Shown here piece by piece: positions 19,119-28,421 of a stretch of DNA of 60,748 nucleotides. The translations under genes and the position numbers were made by a program. The stretch spans positions 1 to 60,748 of the forward strand of contig JAUWQW010000003.1 of assembly GCA_030610885.1 (NCBI GenBank). The letters run 5' to 3'. The notes beneath the pieces were generated by a model, which had not been told where the DNA came from, did not search any database, and worked only from the letters and a program-made list of their open reading frames with translations. The stretch comes from Candidatus Aminicenantes bacterium (GTDB taxonomy: Bacteria; Acidobacteriota; Aminicenantia; UBA2199). Every line of letters begins with the position of its first letter. Position 1 is the first letter of the stretch.

Positions 19119-19146
19119 TTTCACAAGTATCTTTTAATTTGTGAAA
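19119..19146 (-). terminator. Hairpin (8-bp arms TTTCACAA/TTGTGAAA, 12-nt loop) with a T-rich tail on the minus strand
   Basis: The inverted repeat is perfect. The minus-strand continuation reads CTAATTTTTTATTTTT. It lies downstream of the ankyrin operon and upstream of rlpA, so it could be an operator instead. Confidence 0.4.
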
Positions 19147-19163
19147 ATGGAAAAATTATTGCC

Positions 19164-19183
19164 AGGGTAAGTTCTCTTACCCT
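19164..19183 (-). terminator. Intrinsic-terminator-like hairpin AGGGTAAG-TTCT-CTTACCCT
   Basis: A perfect 8-bp stem with a 4-nt loop, 45 nt past the stop codon at 19228. Both flanks are T-rich, so it may act bidirectionally. Confidence 0.55.
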
Positions 19184-19227
19184 CACTTTTCTATTTTGAG
19201 TATCTAATTATATATACTCTAATATCT

Positions 19228-21303
19228 TCATAAGTCTTTTCCCCTTTTTGCACCGTGTTTTTTGAGAAAATCAACTATTTCTTTTCTGTATTGCATTTGT
19301 TGTGGATATAAATTTTTTTTACCGGATTCCGTTTCAGCCACATCCAGGGGTGTAGATCCAGCAGGATGAATGGTATTAATTCTTTTAAACTCCTTTTTAC
19401 TTTTTATGTTTACGTTTGCCTTATACGAGATTAAAAATTTAATCATCTGAATGTTATCCCACACATAACCTCTTTCTACAGCAATATGAACTGCAGTCCA
19501 GCCATAATCATCCAATGCGTTTATATAGGCTCCAGTTTCCAATAATAGTGACAGAATATCCAATCGTTTTCCCTGTACAGCAATATGAAGTGGTGTGGAG
19601 CCTGATGGACAGATATAATTGATTTTGATTTCTTTTTTGGTTTTGATATTTACATTGGCCTTTCTGGAAAGTAAAAATCCAACAGCATCGATATTATTGA
19701 CATATACTGCCATGTGAAGAGGGGTAAACCCAAAATGATCAATGACATTTATGTCAGCACCCTTTTCCAGAAGCATGTTAGCAACACCTAGTTTTCTCGA
19801 TTTTATTGCCAGATGAAGTAGACTCCTCCACTCTTTGTCCCGAACATTAAGGTTGGATCCTCGAAAAATCAAAAGTTTCGAAGCCTTTTCATGACGTTTC
19901 TTTAATGCGATTTGTAAAGGAATTTCACCTTCATTGTTTTTTTTATTCGGACTGATCCCCCTTTCCAGACACCACTCAATAACCTCGCACACACCCTTAT
20001 GAGCAGCTAGATGGAGTGCTGTATTTTCGTTTTTATCCTTCACAAAAATATTGGCTCCTTTTGCCAGTAAAAGTTCAAATTTATATCTATTTGCGACAGA
20101 AAGAAGGAGAGGGGTTAATCCGTTTTTATCCTTAGATTCAATGTTTACCTTTTTCTCCAATATCACCTTTAACATATCGTGGTGTCCCCTTTTTACCACT
20201 GCAAAAAGAAGGGTCTCTCCTTTTTTATTCTTCACATTGACATTATCGCAGTTTCCAATAAACTTTTTGAACTGTTTAATCTGATTTTTTTCTATGGCTT
20301 TAAACATCTCTTCTATAATGTTGATTTGTTTATAAAAGCGGGGAGGAATCACAAATTTACCCGATTTATCAATGTATCCCCATTTTCCCTTTAACTGAAC
20401 AGCAGCAACTCCCTCGGAAAACCTTCCTGCAATATCATATGTGGGATTAATAACAAACTGTCCGGTTTTATCAATATACCCCCAACTCTCATTTACCCTA
20501 ACCACAGCCAGACCCTCTGAAAATTGGAATGCACGGTTAAATCTGGGCTTAATAACCATTCTGCCTGTTTTATCAATATAGCCCCAACTGCGTCCATAAA
20601 CAGATACATTTGCCAATCCTTCAGAGAATCGCCCTGCCCGGTAAAACTCCGGTTTAATGGCAAATTTTCCATTTTTTTTGATATATCCATATTTATACTT
20701 AAATTCTTTGCCCATTTTTACCAGAGCCAGACCATTATTAAATCGATCAGCCATGTTAAACTGGGCAGGGATCACAAACTTTTCCCTTTGATTGATATAT
20801 CCCCACTTTTTGTCAATTTTTTCTGCAGCCAACCCATCATGAAATTCTTTTTTATTATTGAAGATGGATTTTCTTAGAAATTTCCCAGCTTGATTGATGG
20901 TCTTCCATGAATACCCCCCAACCTTAACCAATGCATGCCCATTGTGAAATTCACGGGCATCATCAAACTGTGGTTCAATTACAATTTTTCCTGCTTTATC
21001 AATGTAACCCCATTTGCCATTTATGTTGACTGCAGCCAGCCCTTCACGAAATTCCCGTGCAAAATTGCATTGGGTAAGGATATGGATCCACCCCCACTGA
21101 TTGGCACCCACACAGGAGCCTCCCGTGCTCCCAGCCACATATACTTGATAATCTCTCGCTTGATTCTCATTTTCACCAAAAACAGACGTTTGGATCAACA
21201 CGGTTAACACAGACATTAATACAAGTGTTATTTTAAATAAATCATTTTTAAATTTCACATTTACTCTCCTTTTTCCACCATAATTACCATTATTTGGCAC
21301 CAT
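19228..21303 (-). CDS. Exported WG-repeat / ankyrin-repeat fusion protein
   Basis: N-terminal signal-like segment LFKITLVLMSVLTVLIQTSVFG. About 7 units of the WG (KWG) repeat type (...GLAxVxxxGKWGYIDKxGKxVIxPxF...). Then about 9 ankyrin cores (NTALHLAAHKG, FTPLHMAVYVNN, STPLHIAVQGKR...). Alternative start: GTG at 21258, preceded by AGGAG with a 6-nt spacer, which would remove the 14-nt overlap with the upstream gene. Confidence 0.85.
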   Translation of the reverse strand: MVPNNGNYGGKRRVNVKFKNDLFKITLVLMSVLTVLIQTSVFGENENQARDYQVYVAGSTGGSCVGANQWGWIHILTQCNFAREFREGLAAVNINGKWGYIDKAGKIVIEPQFDDAREFHNGHALVKVGGYSWKTINQAGKFLRKSIFNNKKEFHDGLAAEKIDKKWGYINQREKFVIPAQFNMADRFNNGLALVKMGKEFKYKYGYIKKNGKFAIKPEFYRAGRFSEGLANVSVYGRSWGYIDKTGRMVIKPRFNRAFQFSEGLAVVRVNESWGYIDKTGQFVINPTYDIAGRFSEGVAAVQLKGKWGYIDKSGKFVIPPRFYKQINIIEEMFKAIEKNQIKQFKKFIGNCDNVNVKNKKGETLLFAVVKRGHHDMLKVILEKKVNIESKDKNGLTPLLLSVANRYKFELLLAKGANIFVKDKNENTALHLAAHKGVCEVIEWCLERGISPNKKNNEGEIPLQIALKKRHEKASKLLIFRGSNLNVRDKEWRSLLHLAIKSRKLGVANMLLEKGADINVIDHFGFTPLHMAVYVNNIDAVGFLLSRKANVNIKTKKEIKINYICPSGSTPLHIAVQGKRLDILSLLLETGAYINALDDYGWTAVHIAVERGYVWDNIQMIKFLISYKANVNIKSKKEFKRINTIHPAGSTPLDVAETESGKKNLYPQQMQYRKEIVDFLKKHGAKRGKDL

Positions 21304-24300
21304 GTTTTTTTAAAATCCTCACCATCTCTTCATTGTCACCCAATTCAGCAATATCAAGTGGTGTCACACCCCGGTTGGTTTCAGCATTTACATTTGCACC
21401 ATTCTTTATTAATAGTATTGATACTCCTTTATTTTTTTTAGATACAACCAGATGTAAAGGGGTCAGTCCATTCTTGTCTTTTACATTAATATCACCACCT
21501 TTTTTTATAATCAGATTGACCAGTTCTTCATTGCCTTTTGATATTGCCCAGTGCAACAATGTACCCCCATCCTTTTTCCTGACATTCAAATCAGCTCCAT
21601 TTTTTATCAGAAGTTTAACCATTTCGACCTCACCTTTTCCCTGAAACCTGGTGTACTTTAATACCATATGCAACGGGGTTAAACCATGGTGGGTTCTGGC
21701 ATTCACATTGGCTTTACTATGAATCAGTATTCTGGCTATTCCAACACTACCCTTTTTTGCAGACAAATATAAGGGAGTCTCTCCACTGTGATTTTTTAAA
21801 TTAACATTGGTTTTGCCTTTAATCAACAGTTTAACCGTATCTAAATGGTCATACTGAACAGCATAATGAAGAGCGGAATTCCCAATATTGTCTTTTATAT
21901 TTGTTTTGGCACCGTTCTGGATTAATGTATCAACCACCTCTTTATTCTCTTTTCTTCTCTGACTGGCTGCCCAGATAAGCGGGGTTTTGCCATCATAATC
22001 TGTTGCATTAATTCTTGCACCTTTTTTTTGTAAAATTTTTGTTATATCAGCAAGGTTATTTTTTGCTGCTTCATGCAAGGGTGTGACATTGTTGAAGTCC
22101 CTCACACGAACGTCTGCACCCTGCTCAATCAATATCTTAATTATCTCTTCTTTCTTCTGGGGTTTGGATAATAATTGATGCAAAAGCGTTCGATTCATCT
22201 GAGTTTTAACATTCACATCCGCCCCTTTTTTGATCAACAACGTTACAATCTCTTTATTATTAAACATTGCTGCAGTAAAAAGAGGTGTTTCATTCTTGGG
22301 GTTCCGGATATTCATTTTTGCACCATTGATGATTAAAATCTTACAGCTTTCCAGTTTTCCTTTTTTTGCTGCAACATGGAGTGGCGTATTCCCGTATTCA
22401 TCCAACATATCAACGTTAGCTCCATGTTGTATTAATAATCGTAATATTTTTGTGTTTTGTTGTACTGCAAAATGCAAGGGTGTTCTCCCTTGGTTATCTT
22501 TTACATTTACACTGGCCCCGCTTTTAATGAGTAAACCCGCTAATTCATAATTATTTTTTTTTACTGATAAGTGTAATGGTGTATTTCCATCATTGTTTTT
22601 TATATCTAATTTAGTACTCTGATTGATTATAAATTTTACAAATTCAATATTAATACTATTTGTATCCACTCGACCCAAAATTGACTGTTGCCCATTTTTT
22701 ATCAATAGATGAAGAAAGGTGTCACCGTTATTGTTTTGAACATTAATATTTCCCCCATTCTGTAGGATAATACTGGCTATTTCCTTATCACCTCCAACGG
22801 GCTCTTTTATTTCAGCCAACGAATATTTCTTATAAGAAATCACTCTATTAGCAGAAACCATTCCAGAGGAGACACGGTCGTGTTCAGATGCCTTTCTCCA
22901 CTTCAACCAGAAAATAGGAGTGTTCCCATTCTCATCTTTAATGTTTGGATCAGCTCCATTTTTCATCAACAATTTTACCAAGGCATTATTTCTTTTTTGT
23001 ACAGCGGCATGTAAGGGTGACGCCCAATAATTTGCTTTAACATTTATTTTTGCCCCTCTTTTTATCAGTAATTCAGCAATACCTTCAAGGCCTCCAATCA
23101 CAGCATTATGAAGTGCAGTATTGCCCCTGCCCTCTCCGAGTACTGCGTCAATGTCAACGCCATTATCAAGCAAGAGTTTTATCATTTCAATATTTTTACT
23201 CTGAACCGCCAAATAAAGCGGGGGATATCCGTTGTCATCTTTTCTATTTACATCTATGCCTTCTTTCAAACACTTTTTAACCAGATTTATGGATCCCATT
23301 TTAATGGCCTGGTGAAACCTAAATTTAACATTTATATTGGAGGAAAATTGATCAGATCCCTTTGATAAAAACAACTCAAGGATCTTTTTACCGCTTCTAT
23401 ATTTATTCACATATTGAATCGGTGTTTTTTGTTTAAGATCTTTGGCATTAACATCAGCCCCATTATTTATCAACAGCGAAACAATTTCAATTTCTCCTTT
23501 ATATACAGCCCAATGCAGAGGGGTCTTTCCATTAGCACCTTGTGCGTTGATATCCAATCCTTTTTTTATGAGTACTTCAGCCAATTCTTTCCAGCCTCTA
23601 TTTACTGCAGTATGAAGCAATGTAGAACCTTCACTGGTTATTACTGAAACATCTGCGCCTTTGGAAAGCAATAATAAGGTGCTATATCTATCCCGGTTTT
23701 TTACACTGTAATATATTGGAGTCTTTCCGTTTTCATCCTGTACATTGATGCTTGCACCATTTTGAACCAATAATTCTACACTCTCTTTATATCCTTTTTG
23801 TACAGCACAAATGAGAGGAGAATAACCATAATTATCCAAAACATTTAAATCAGCCCCACCCTGAATTAACAATTTTAAAATTTCTTTTTTATTCTTACCA
23901 ATTGCACCAAATATAGGTGTCCTCTCCCGCCGATTTTTGGCATTTACATTTGCGTTTTTTTTCTTTAAAAGAAATGACACACAATTTTTGTGACCCTTGT
24001 CCACTGCCATATGAAGCAGAGTATTTTTGGTGCTATTTTTAACATTAACATCAGCGCCTTCCTGTATTAAAAATTTCACAACATCCAGGTGACCTCCTTT
24101 TACAGTCATATATAAGGGAGTTTCGCCGGATCTATTTTTGATATCTACATCAATTCCCTTTGTTAACAAAAATTCTAAAATATCTTTATGTCCTTTCAAT
24201 GCTGCATCATGTAATGGAGTGCTCTTATAGCGCTTTTTTAAGTCAATATCAGCACCATTTTTTATTAAAAATTTTACAATCTCAAGATGACCTCCTTTTG

Positions 24301-25450
24301 CCGCCATTTGAACTGCAGTTTCATCGGATCTACTTCTTGCATTTATATTTATTCCATTCTTAAGCAAAAGTTCCAAAATATCCTTATGACCCCCAAAAGC
24401 AGCCTCATGAAAAGGATTTTTCCAGTACTTCATCAGGCTATTTAAATCCATTCTTTTTTTAATACATTTTTGAATAATATTAATCATTCCAGCCCTGGCA
24501 GCAGCAGTAACAATTTGTGGAGTCAATTCAATATGTTTTTCTTCTGAAAGTAACAAATTAATCATGTCTTTGTTCCCATTTTTAAACGCTATTTTAATTG
24601 CGGTATCTTGAGAATCATATATAAAAATTTTTTTTGCATTTATATTTAATCCTTTTTTCAAACATTTCCGCGCAAGGTCAATTAAATTACCAGTAACAGC
24701 TTCATGAAGAATGGTGGACTCATAAATATTTTTTGCCTTAAGATCCGCCCCGTATTGAATTAACAATTTAACACAAGCTCTATGTCCATTCCTAGCAGCA
24801 AGATGGAGTGGTGTGTCACCAATATCATTTTTCATGTTAACATCCATACCCTTTTGTAAACATTTTTTTAGTATGTTAAGGTCTCCTTTTTCTGCAGATT
24901 TAAACATACAAAACGGAGATTTTGGAAAATGTGCTCCTTTTTTTAACAATAAAGCAACCACCTCTTTTCGATCATGACAATATGCTTCATGAATGGGGGT
25001 ATAAAACGTGCTATATGAACTGTTTACATCAATCCCAGCATCCAGACATTTTTTAACCAGGCCCACCAATCCCCCTCTGGCTGCGGCATGGAGAATGGTA
25101 ACACCGGACTTGGAAGTGGCACGAATATCTGCGCCCTTTTTTATCAAAAAATCAACAATCTCCTTATGTCCACACTGAGCTGCAACATGTATGGGAGTTT
25201 TTCCAAATTTATCTTTTGCATTCACATCCTCTCCATTTTTAATCATTTCTTTCACTTTCAAAATATCATTTTTTTTCACCGCACCAATGAACTCATTTTG
25301 AATAGGACTGGTTTTTAAAAATTCAATATCCTTTTGAGATAAAGTTATCGCTTTATTCCTATTCTGAATACCCTTTAAATCAGGGTTTTCCTGACTACAG
25401 GCAGAAAAAAATATAAAAACACTTAACAAAAATAAAATAATCTTTTTCAT
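21290..25450 (-). CDS. Giant ankyrin-repeat lipoprotein (about 1385 aa)
   Basis: I count roughly 38 ankyrin cores by eye (KTPIHVAAQCGH, DTPLHLAARNGH, STPLHDAALKGH, NTPLHVAAKKGK...), filling almost the whole protein. I call the ATG at 25450 (MKKIILFLLSVFIFFSACSQ, lipobox-like FSAC), which is preceded by GGAG, rather than the listed 25516. Confidence 0.9.
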   Translation of the reverse strand: MKKIILFLLSVFIFFSACSQENPDLKGIQNRNKAITLSQKDIEFLKTSPIQNEFIGAVKKNDILKVKEMIKNGEDVNAKDKFGKTPIHVAAQCGHKEIVDFLIKKGADIRATSKSGVTILHAAARGGLVGLVKKCLDAGIDVNSSYSTFYTPIHEAYCHDRKEVVALLLKKGAHFPKSPFCMFKSAEKGDLNILKKCLQKGMDVNMKNDIGDTPLHLAARNGHRACVKLLIQYGADLKAKNIYESTILHEAVTGNLIDLARKCLKKGLNINAKKIFIYDSQDTAIKIAFKNGNKDMINLLLSEEKHIELTPQIVTAAARAGMINIIQKCIKKRMDLNSLMKYWKNPFHEAAFGGHKDILELLLKNGININARSRSDETAVQMAAKGGHLEIVKFLIKNGADIDLKKRYKSTPLHDAALKGHKDILEFLLTKGIDVDIKNRSGETPLYMTVKGGHLDVVKFLIQEGADVNVKNSTKNTLLHMAVDKGHKNCVSFLLKKKNANVNAKNRRERTPIFGAIGKNKKEILKLLIQGGADLNVLDNYGYSPLICAVQKGYKESVELLVQNGASINVQDENGKTPIYYSVKNRDRYSTLLLLSKGADVSVITSEGSTLLHTAVNRGWKELAEVLIKKGLDINAQGANGKTPLHWAVYKGEIEIVSLLINNGADVNAKDLKQKTPIQYVNKYRSGKKILELFLSKGSDQFSSNINVKFRFHQAIKMGSINLVKKCLKEGIDVNRKDDNGYPPLYLAVQSKNIEMIKLLLDNGVDIDAVLGEGRGNTALHNAVIGGLEGIAELLIKRGAKINVKANYWASPLHAAVQKRNNALVKLLMKNGADPNIKDENGNTPIFWLKWRKASEHDRVSSGMVSANRVISYKKYSLAEIKEPVGGDKEIASIILQNGGNINVQNNNGDTFLHLLIKNGQQSILGRVDTNSINIEFVKFIINQSTKLDIKNNDGNTPLHLSVKKNNYELAGLLIKSGASVNVKDNQGRTPLHFAVQQNTKILRLLIQHGANVDMLDEYGNTPLHVAAKKGKLESCKILIINGAKMNIRNPKNETPLFTAAMFNNKEIVTLLIKKGADVNVKTQMNRTLLHQLLSKPQKKEEIIKILIEQGADVRVRDFNNVTPLHEAAKNNLADITKILQKKGARINATDYDGKTPLIWAASQRRKENKEVVDTLIQNGAKTNIKDNIGNSALHYAVQYDHLDTVKLLIKGKTNVNLKNHSGETPLYLSAKKGSVGIARILIHSKANVNARTHHGLTPLHMVLKYTRFQGKGEVEMVKLLIKNGADLNVRKKDGGTLLHWAISKGNEELVNLIIKKGGDINVKDKNGLTPLHLVVSKKNKGVSILLIKNGANVNAETNRGVTPLDIAELGDNEEMVRILKKHGAK

Positions 25451-25533
25451 GATATCTCCAATTCGTTTTAATTCACCTTGATTTATATATTTTAGGCAAA
25501 AAAAAATTTTTTTCAACTTTAAAATTTTTAGTA

Positions 25534-25542
25534 TGATATAAT
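25534..25542 (+). promoter_or_regulatory. Extended -10 promoter element TGATATAAT
   Basis: TG at 25534-25535 and TATAAT at 25537-25542. GGAGG lies at 25555-25559 and the ATG at 25566. The weak -35 candidate is TTCAAC. Confidence 0.45.
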
Positions 25543-25565
25543 TTTTTTTTCACTGGAGGAAAAAA

Positions 25566-26378
25566 ATGTCAAGTTCTTCCAAACGGGTTTTTTTATTGGT
25601 GGTTTTATTTTCTTTTTTTGTGATGGCCTATTGTGATGAAATAAAGAAAGGGGATCTAAAAAAAGAATTTGCGTTTGATAAAGATTCGCTGCGATTGATT
25701 TTTGGCATATGGAGAGCAGAAGGTAGTGGGGGTTTGATATTTACAAAAATCTTGGTCTCAGAAAACAATGGGTTTAAATTTTACAGATTTTATGGTGTTG
25801 GCGGAGAAGGCAGCGAACTTTTATACACCACACTAAAATCCAAAAAAGACAATAAAAATTACATCTATTTAGCAAAAGATGATCAATCATCTCCCCAAAA
25901 AATAAGGATGAAGTTTAAAGGGAATGATAAAATATTAATATCGACTGGTGGAAAGGGTCATTCAGATGTTGTAGTACTGGATAGAGTTGGAAATATTGAG
26001 GAGAATGAAAGAAGCAGGTTGGAAACCAAATGGGCTAAAAATCCAGAAACCTTTGATAAAAATAAGCTGGATCTATTACTGAAAAAAAAGTGGAAGGACA
26101 TGAAAAAGGCATTAATGAACCAAGATGTAGAAAAAGCTGTAAAATACTTTGCTCATGAATCGAGAAAAAAATATAAAAAAATGTTTACAGCTTTGCATAA
26201 CAAATTACCTGAGATTGGACGAGAGATGAAAGATATTAAACCGGTGGTACTTGAAAAACGCAGTGCAAAATATCGATTGATCAGAAAAGAAAACATTAAA
26301 GGTAAAACCTATGATATAACTTACGCTGTATATTTTGTTGTTGATTTTGATGGGGTATGGAGAATATTAAGGTATTGA
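25566..26378 (+). CDS. Secreted hypothetical protein; the C-terminal half is possibly NTF2/SnoaL-like
   Basis: Strong RBS and a signal-like VFLLVVLFSFFVMAYC. The C-terminal segment WKDMKKALMNQDVEKAVKYFAHES...VYFVVDFDGVWRILRY weakly resembles an NTF2-like cone fold. Confidence 0.6.
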   Translation: MSSSSKRVFLLVVLFSFFVMAYCDEIKKGDLKKEFAFDKDSLRLIFGIWRAEGSGGLIFTKILVSENNGFKFYRFYGVGGEGSELLYTTLKSKKDNKNYIYLAKDDQSSPQKIRMKFKGNDKILISTGGKGHSDVVVLDRVGNIEENERSRLETKWAKNPETFDKNKLDLLLKKKWKDMKKALMNQDVEKAVKYFAHESRKKYKKMFTALHNKLPEIGREMKDIKPVVLEKRSAKYRLIRKENIKGKTYDITYAVYFVVDFDGVWRILRY

Positions 26379-26491
26379 ATTTGACTATTCATAGATTTTT
26401 CTCGACCTCCTTCCTAGAGGCCAGACTTACCCTCAAACATGTTCTGCATACCTTTAAGAAGGCTATGTATGAATATAATTAAAAGATTTAA

Positions 26492-26803
26492 TTATAGCTT
26501 GAAAGTGCTATTGCAGTCTATACAGATATAATCTTCCTTTTTTCTTTTTTTTGGTTTTCTTTCTCTACCTCTTTCTTTTTTGTTTAGGATTGTAGTAGAT
26601 ATTATTATTAAAATGATTATCACTGCTGGGAAATATAAATAGGACGAGATCACAAAAATAAAATAGCTTCCAATTAGAATTAAAGCAGATAGTATTATAA
26701 CTAAAAATGTCTGATCTTTTTTATATTCGTTTTCATCTTCAAATGGTAAAATGTTATTTGAACCGCAAAAAGGACAATGTTTCTCTCTACTTTCCATATT
26801 CAA
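26492..26803 (-). CDS. Small membrane protein with N- and C-terminal CxxC pairs (split Zn-ribbon-like)
   Basis: CPFCGS near the N-terminus and CIDCNS near the C-terminus flank two TM helices and a KKRKK basic stretch. It is the last gene of the co-oriented bamA operon. Confidence 0.55.
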   Translation of the reverse strand: MNMESREKHCPFCGSNNILPFEDENEYKKDQTFLVIILSALILIGSYFIFVISSYLYFPAVIIILIIISTTILNKKERGRERKPKKRKKEDYICIDCNSTFKL

Positions 26804-26821
26804 TTATATATATTTTTTAAA

Positions 26822-27790
26822 CTAGGTTTTGTCTGAAACTAATATCCTTCTGTTTAAAACAGGTAAGTAATCTGAAAAAATTCCCTTTGTTTCACTATTT
26901 TCAATTTCTTCTTTAAAAATTCTTATTTTTGAGTCGAGTAAATCAATGATGTTAAGAGTAAGTGCTTCGCAAGTTTTTGGGATTTCTGGGGAACCAAATT
27001 CTTTTTCGCCATGGTGAGAAATGATTAAATGCTGGATTTTAGTGCTTAAATCTTCAGGAAAATCATTAATTTTATTCTTTAATTCAATGAAAATATTATT
27101 GCCAAGTACTATATGTCCAATCAAGCCTCCTTTCAATGTAGTATTAATTGAGGGTTCTATATCAAATTCATATATTTTCCCAATGTCGTGAAATAACGTT
27201 CCTATAAGCAGGAGTTCTTTGTCAATGGAGTATTGTTCTGAGATTGGGATCACGAGTTTTATGATAGAATAAGTATGCTCTAAAAGTCCTCCCATATAAG
27301 CATGGTGTATTTTTTGAGCTCCATAATGTTTTTTGAATTGATCTTTAAATTTTTCTATAAATAGATCTGTTAATTCAAGTAAGTATTTATTTTTTAAATT
27401 TAATTTTATAGTACTTATCATTTCATCGAATAATTTTTCTGTATTAAAAGAGGCTTGCTCAATAAAATCTTCTGAGTTGAAATTTTTGTCATCTTGAGAA
27501 ACAGTGCTTAATTTATCAATTTTAAGATCTTTTTTGTTATTATATTCATTTATATTACCATTTATTTTGTAAATTTCCCCTATATTGATTAATTTAAAAT
27601 AATATTCAACAGCATCCCATATCTTTGCTTGAATTTTACCAGTTTTATCCATAAGAGTTAAAGTTAAAAAAGGCTCGCCATTTTTTTTTACACGCTTGTT
27701 AATATTCTGGATCTTATAATATCCATTTATTTTTTTACCTGTTTCAAAGTCTTTTATAAGTATTTTTTTTTGATTTTCTAAAAAATCCAT
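26822..27790 (-). CDS. OB-fold + HD-domain 3'-5' exoribonuclease, YhaM-like
   Basis: N-terminal OB-fold-like region (GEPFLTLTLMDKTGKIQAKIWD) plus an HD domain (LLEHT...LFHDIGK...ISHHG). At 322 aa the length fits YhaM-type proteins. Confidence 0.7.
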   Translation of the reverse strand: MDFLENQKKILIKDFETGKKINGYYKIQNINKRVKKNGEPFLTLTLMDKTGKIQAKIWDAVEYYFKLINIGEIYKINGNINEYNNKKDLKIDKLSTVSQDDKNFNSEDFIEQASFNTEKLFDEMISTIKLNLKNKYLLELTDLFIEKFKDQFKKHYGAQKIHHAYMGGLLEHTYSIIKLVIPISEQYSIDKELLLIGTLFHDIGKIYEFDIEPSINTTLKGGLIGHIVLGNNIFIELKNKINDFPEDLSTKIQHLIISHHGEKEFGSPEIPKTCEALTLNIIDLLDSKIRIFKEEIENSETKGIFSDYLPVLNRRILVSDKT

Positions 27791-27794
27791 TTTC

Positions 27795-28421
27795 TTACTC
27801 CTTTAAAAAAATATTTTCAATTTTATAAGATGATTTGATTTCCTTTAACCATCCTGATAATTTTTTTTCTGTTTTGACCTTACGTAGATGTTTTTCAATT
27901 AATGTAGTCATTTCAATTAAAGAATTTGATTTTAAATTTAGTTTCTTCTGTAATAAGAGATAGTCTTTATAATAGAAAGTTTCAATCTCCTTAAAACTTA
28001 TTTTTATGTTTATTTGAAATTTATCTTTTAATACTTTTTCATATAATACTTTTTCTTTAATAAAATTTTTGAAATCTTTCCAATTCATGTCAAATTTTTT
28101 TAATAATGTCATAAGTTGATTTAAAGAACCTTGCTTGTTTATTATTGGAGTTTGTAATTCCTCGTAATCCTCCTCTGTGAGTATAAAGTCATCCTTGTAT
28201 TCTAAATAGATAATTTTGTAATTAATTAAGTCTTGTAGAAGTCTATTATAAAATGATTTTGGGGATTCTTCATTTCTTTTAAATACTGGGAACAGAGAAA
28301 TTGATTTGTCAATATCAGTCATGGTTATTATCTCATTGTTTACAATAGCTGCTATTTTATCAATTATTATTGTGCTGGGTTGCAATAAAATAAGTAAATA
28401 TAATAAAATTTTAGAAAACAT
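27795..28421 (-). CDS. SurA N-terminal-domain-like periplasmic chaperone (no PPIase domain)
   Basis: A signal-like N-terminus is followed by IDKIAAIVNNEIITMTDIDK, typical of the SurA N-domain. ATG at 28421, with the listed TTG at 28427 as an alternative. It overlaps the 3' end of bamA. Confidence 0.6.
   Translation of the reverse strand: MFSKILLYLLILLQPSTIIIDKIAAIVNNEIITMTDIDKSISLFPVFKRNEESPKSFYNRLLQDLINYKIIYLEYKDDFILTEEDYEELQTPIINKQGSLNQLMTLLKKFDMNWKDFKNFIKEKVLYEKVLKDKFQINIKISFKEIETFYYKDYLLLQKKLNLKSNSLIEMTTLIEKHLRKVKTEKKLSGWLKEIKSSYKIENIFLKE

Noticed and set aside
19119-19146. A CRP/FNR-type binding site suggested by the TCACA/TGTGA pentamers.
   Set aside because: The arms are in the opposite order (TCACA...TGTGA rather than TGTGA-N6-TCACA) and are 14 nt apart, so the site does not fit the CRP-family consensus geometry.
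21294-25318. Many 65-116-aa ORFs on the plus strand, antisense to the giant ankyrin gene (for example 21294..21644, 22230..22550, 23108..23365).
   Set aside because: They lie entirely inside a strongly supported repeat-protein CDS on the other strand. They have no RBS and have low-complexity, repeat-mirrored sequences. Long antisense frames are expected from periodic ankyrin codons.
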